Source: a virus
Lineage: Duplodnaviria > Caudoviricetes
IMG/VR virus record: IMGVR_UViG_3300028888_000001
DNA: 64,000 bases
Reading direction: 5' to 3' (one strand)
Shown: positions 62,374 to 64,000 of the stretch, in pieces
Numbering within the stretch: position 1 is the first letter of the stretch
How the letters are laid out: the number at the start of each line of letters is the position of its first letter
Notes under the pieces: model-generated
Told to the model about the DNA's origin: nothing
The model's database searches: none
Seen by the model: only the letters and a program-made list of their open reading frames with translations
Translations under genes and position numbers: made by a program

Positions 62374-62547
62374 GAAATGCCGCCTAAGTTATTAGGAGAA
62401 TCTACTATATTACCTGGGATTGGAAGGACGCTAAAGCAATATAATATAGAAGACGTAAAGAAAGAACTTAAATATATTACATCTCTTCAATCTGATAAAG
62501 GTGCTTTTATCCAAGGTATAAAAGTTAGAAGAGAAGACATAGTATAA
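62374..62547 (+). CDS. gyrB: gyrB exon 5 (EMPPKLLGESTILPGIGRTLKQY...REDIV*)
   Basis: Completes KGLGEM and the ST...RTL C-terminal motif. Not in the ORF track. Confidence 0.9.
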   Translation, partial: EMPPKLLGESTILPGIGRTLKQYNIEDVKKELKYITSLQSDKGAFIQGIKVRREDIV

Positions 62548-62559
62548 TATAACAAAAAA

Positions 62560-62587
62560 TGCCAGTAGGGATTTCTCCCTACTGGCA
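62560..62587. terminator. Bidirectional terminator between convergent genes
   Basis: tgccagtaggga / tccctactggca. Confidence 0.8.
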
Positions 62588-62604
62588 CTTACCGATTTTA
62601 TTTT

Positions 62605-63120
62605 TTATTCACTGGTATCATTGCCATGTATATCTTGAGTGCCCTGTTTATCGATATCATAATCTATAATTAACCCATCAGTAGAAGCACTAGAGTTATT
62701 TTCTAGAGTTTGAACTTTAGATTGTAGAGTGGTCACAGATTCTTTTAGAGTAGTATTCTCTTCAATTAAATTAGCAACTTGCTGTTGAAGAGTTTGAATT
62801 AAGCCTTTAAGTTCTGTATCATCATACTCTTCTACAGGCTGAGATTGATTATTTTCTAAAGTTTGTACTTTAGATTCTAGAGTAGAAATACTTGCTTTAA
62901 TTTCTGTATCATCATATGCAGTTATAGTACCATCAGCACCACTACCAAGCTTATTACCATTAGCATCTACAATCTCGGTAATTTTATGAGTATGGTGCAG
63001 CATGTCTGCCCATTCTTCGGCAGTAATTTTCTTAATAATACCAGCAGCACTAGGATAATTAGTTGTGTTGTCCATATTAATTTCAGGGAATTTATACGAA
63101 TAAAATCCTCCAGATGCCAT
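62605..63120 (-). CDS. Coiled-coil virion-associated protein with two YDDTE[IL]K repeats
   Basis: HTHKITEI and YDDTEIK fibre-type motifs; duplicated LxSKVQTLENN. Late promoter at 63153-63166. Confidence 0.6.
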   Translation of the reverse strand: MASGGFYSYKFPEINMDNTTNYPSAAGIIKKITAEEWADMLHHTHKITEIVDANGNKLGSGADGTITAYDDTEIKASISTLESKVQTLENNQSQPVEEYDDTELKGLIQTLQQQVANLIEENTTLKESVTTLQSKVQTLENNSSASTDGLIIDYDIDKQGTQDIHGNDTSE

Positions 63121-63270
63121 TTTTTATTTTCCTCCATATTTCGTTTTAGTGTATTATTAAAATGTAAAAAAATACCATGTGTTTGTACATATAAGTACTG
63201 CGTTATAAAATAATGGCGCAAGCGCGATATTAATTAATTATAATCTTTTTAATCAATGGAGGAATACCAA

Positions 63271-63720
63271 ATGTCTAGGAATTTTCAGCCAAACCGTAAC
63301 AATTCTAAAAAGCAGCCAGTTAAACCCCAGAATCTTAAACTTGCCCTGGCTTTGCCTGAAGGGACTTCAGAGTCTGTAGTTAATGAGATTCTTGACGTGC
63401 TTGCAAACATGAGATTTGACAAGATCTCTGTGCCAGTTGGAACTTATCGTGCTCTGCTTGATCCGTCTGTTGCTGCAGATGATACCCGTGTTCTCACAGT
63501 TGGCTATATTAAGAGCTATGATCCTGAAAAGGAAGAGTTTTCAGTGGTAATCTACTCAGCTAACCGTGATGCTATTTATGCATTTAAAGATCCGGGTCTT
63601 GAGATTGTATTCAATCAGTACAATGATTCTCTTGGTATCATTACCAAGTTTAATGTCATTCCCCTTAGTGCTGATAATACAGAAGAATCTGCTACCGTGG
63701 AAACAGAGCCTGTAGAATAA
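63271..63720 (+). CDS. Hypothetical protein (149 aa)
   Basis: GGAGG RBS precedes the ATG at 63271. Confidence 0.75.
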   Translation: MSRNFQPNRNNSKKQPVKPQNLKLALALPEGTSESVVNEILDVLANMRFDKISVPVGTYRALLDPSVAADDTRVLTVGYIKSYDPEKEEFSVVIYSANRDAIYAFKDPGLEIVFNQYNDSLGIITKFNVIPLSADNTEESATVETEPVE

Positions 63721-63786
63721 AATATATAGCTTGGTATTATATCTTTAAATAGATTTTGCCATTATGTTTTTCTCCATTTCTTTTTT

Positions 63787-63819
63787 CTTATACCGGGTAG
63801 GCGTTCTACCCGGTATAAG
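63787..63819 (+). terminator. Rho-independent terminator
   Basis: cttataccgggtag / ctacccggtataag followed by ttttgttt. Confidence 0.8.
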
Positions 63820-63905
63820 TTTTGTTTAAATAAGATTATAATTATATACTATAAAAATAAGAACCTGTGAATAAGAAACTTAAAAATTTGGAGGTTATAT
63901 GATTA

Positions 63906-64000
63906 ATGAAAGATAATATAATTCCAGTAGATGTACGAAAACAATATATGTCAGATATGGCACGATATTCGCTTTATGTGCTATTTGATCGTTATATTTG
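63906..64000 (+). CDS. gyrA: DNA gyrase/topoisomerase II subunit A, 5' end (runs off the window)
   Basis: MKDNIIPVDVRKQYMSDMARYSLYVLFDRYI resembles the GyrA N-terminus. GGAGG RBS; near gyrB. Confidence 0.6.
   Translation, partial: MKDNIIPVDVRKQYMSDMARYSLYVLFDRYI

Noticed and set aside
1-64000. tRNA, rRNA, reverse transcriptase/DGR or phage-nucleus shell genes
   Set aside because: No cloverleaf/T-loop signatures, RT motifs or recognisable shell protein seen by eye. tRNAscan and profile searches were not run, so absence is not proven.

Overview
AT-rich segment of a jumbo myovirus of the AR9/PBS1/phiKZ-related type. The host is probably a Bacillota species, judging from strong GGAGG ribosome-binding sites; this is an inference. 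The window contains large virion genes: a 1687-aa Gp5-like beta-helix fibre, a 1467-aa Ig/FN3-like adhesin, an 1836-aa baseplate-like protein, and a 1274-aa spike with a long coiled coil and an SGNH tip. It also encodes a TM+GAF holin-like protein, the N-terminal beta' subunit of a phage multisubunit RNA polymerase, and replication/recombination genes (DnaB helicase, Dda/RecD helicase, SbcD, PD-(D/E)xK nuclease, Tmk, PC4-like protein, gyrB and the start of gyrA). Features the ORF track does not show: (1) gyrB is split into five exons by four related group I introns, each inserted after a GGT glycine codon in a conserved Toprim-region motif. The spliced product is 770 aa, including a 66-nt micro-exon. 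One intron carries an intact HNH-type endonuclease, one a nonsense-interrupted one, and two have no ORF. (2) A fifth, ORF-less group I intron splits the RNAP catalytic ADFDGD motif, next to a free-standing HNH gene. (3) A 1770-aa multi-enzyme protein (2x HAD, metallophosphoesterase, DUF362, P-loop, DUF6582) has x-x-E-[S/A/G/T] motifs at its domain boundaries, suggesting a virion-packaged, protease-processed polyprotein. (4) Two phage promoter classes (TATATTATA and ACA-N6-TA) partition the genes. (5) Two candidate anti-RBS small RNAs. All calls come from reading the sequence by eye; no database searches were run.
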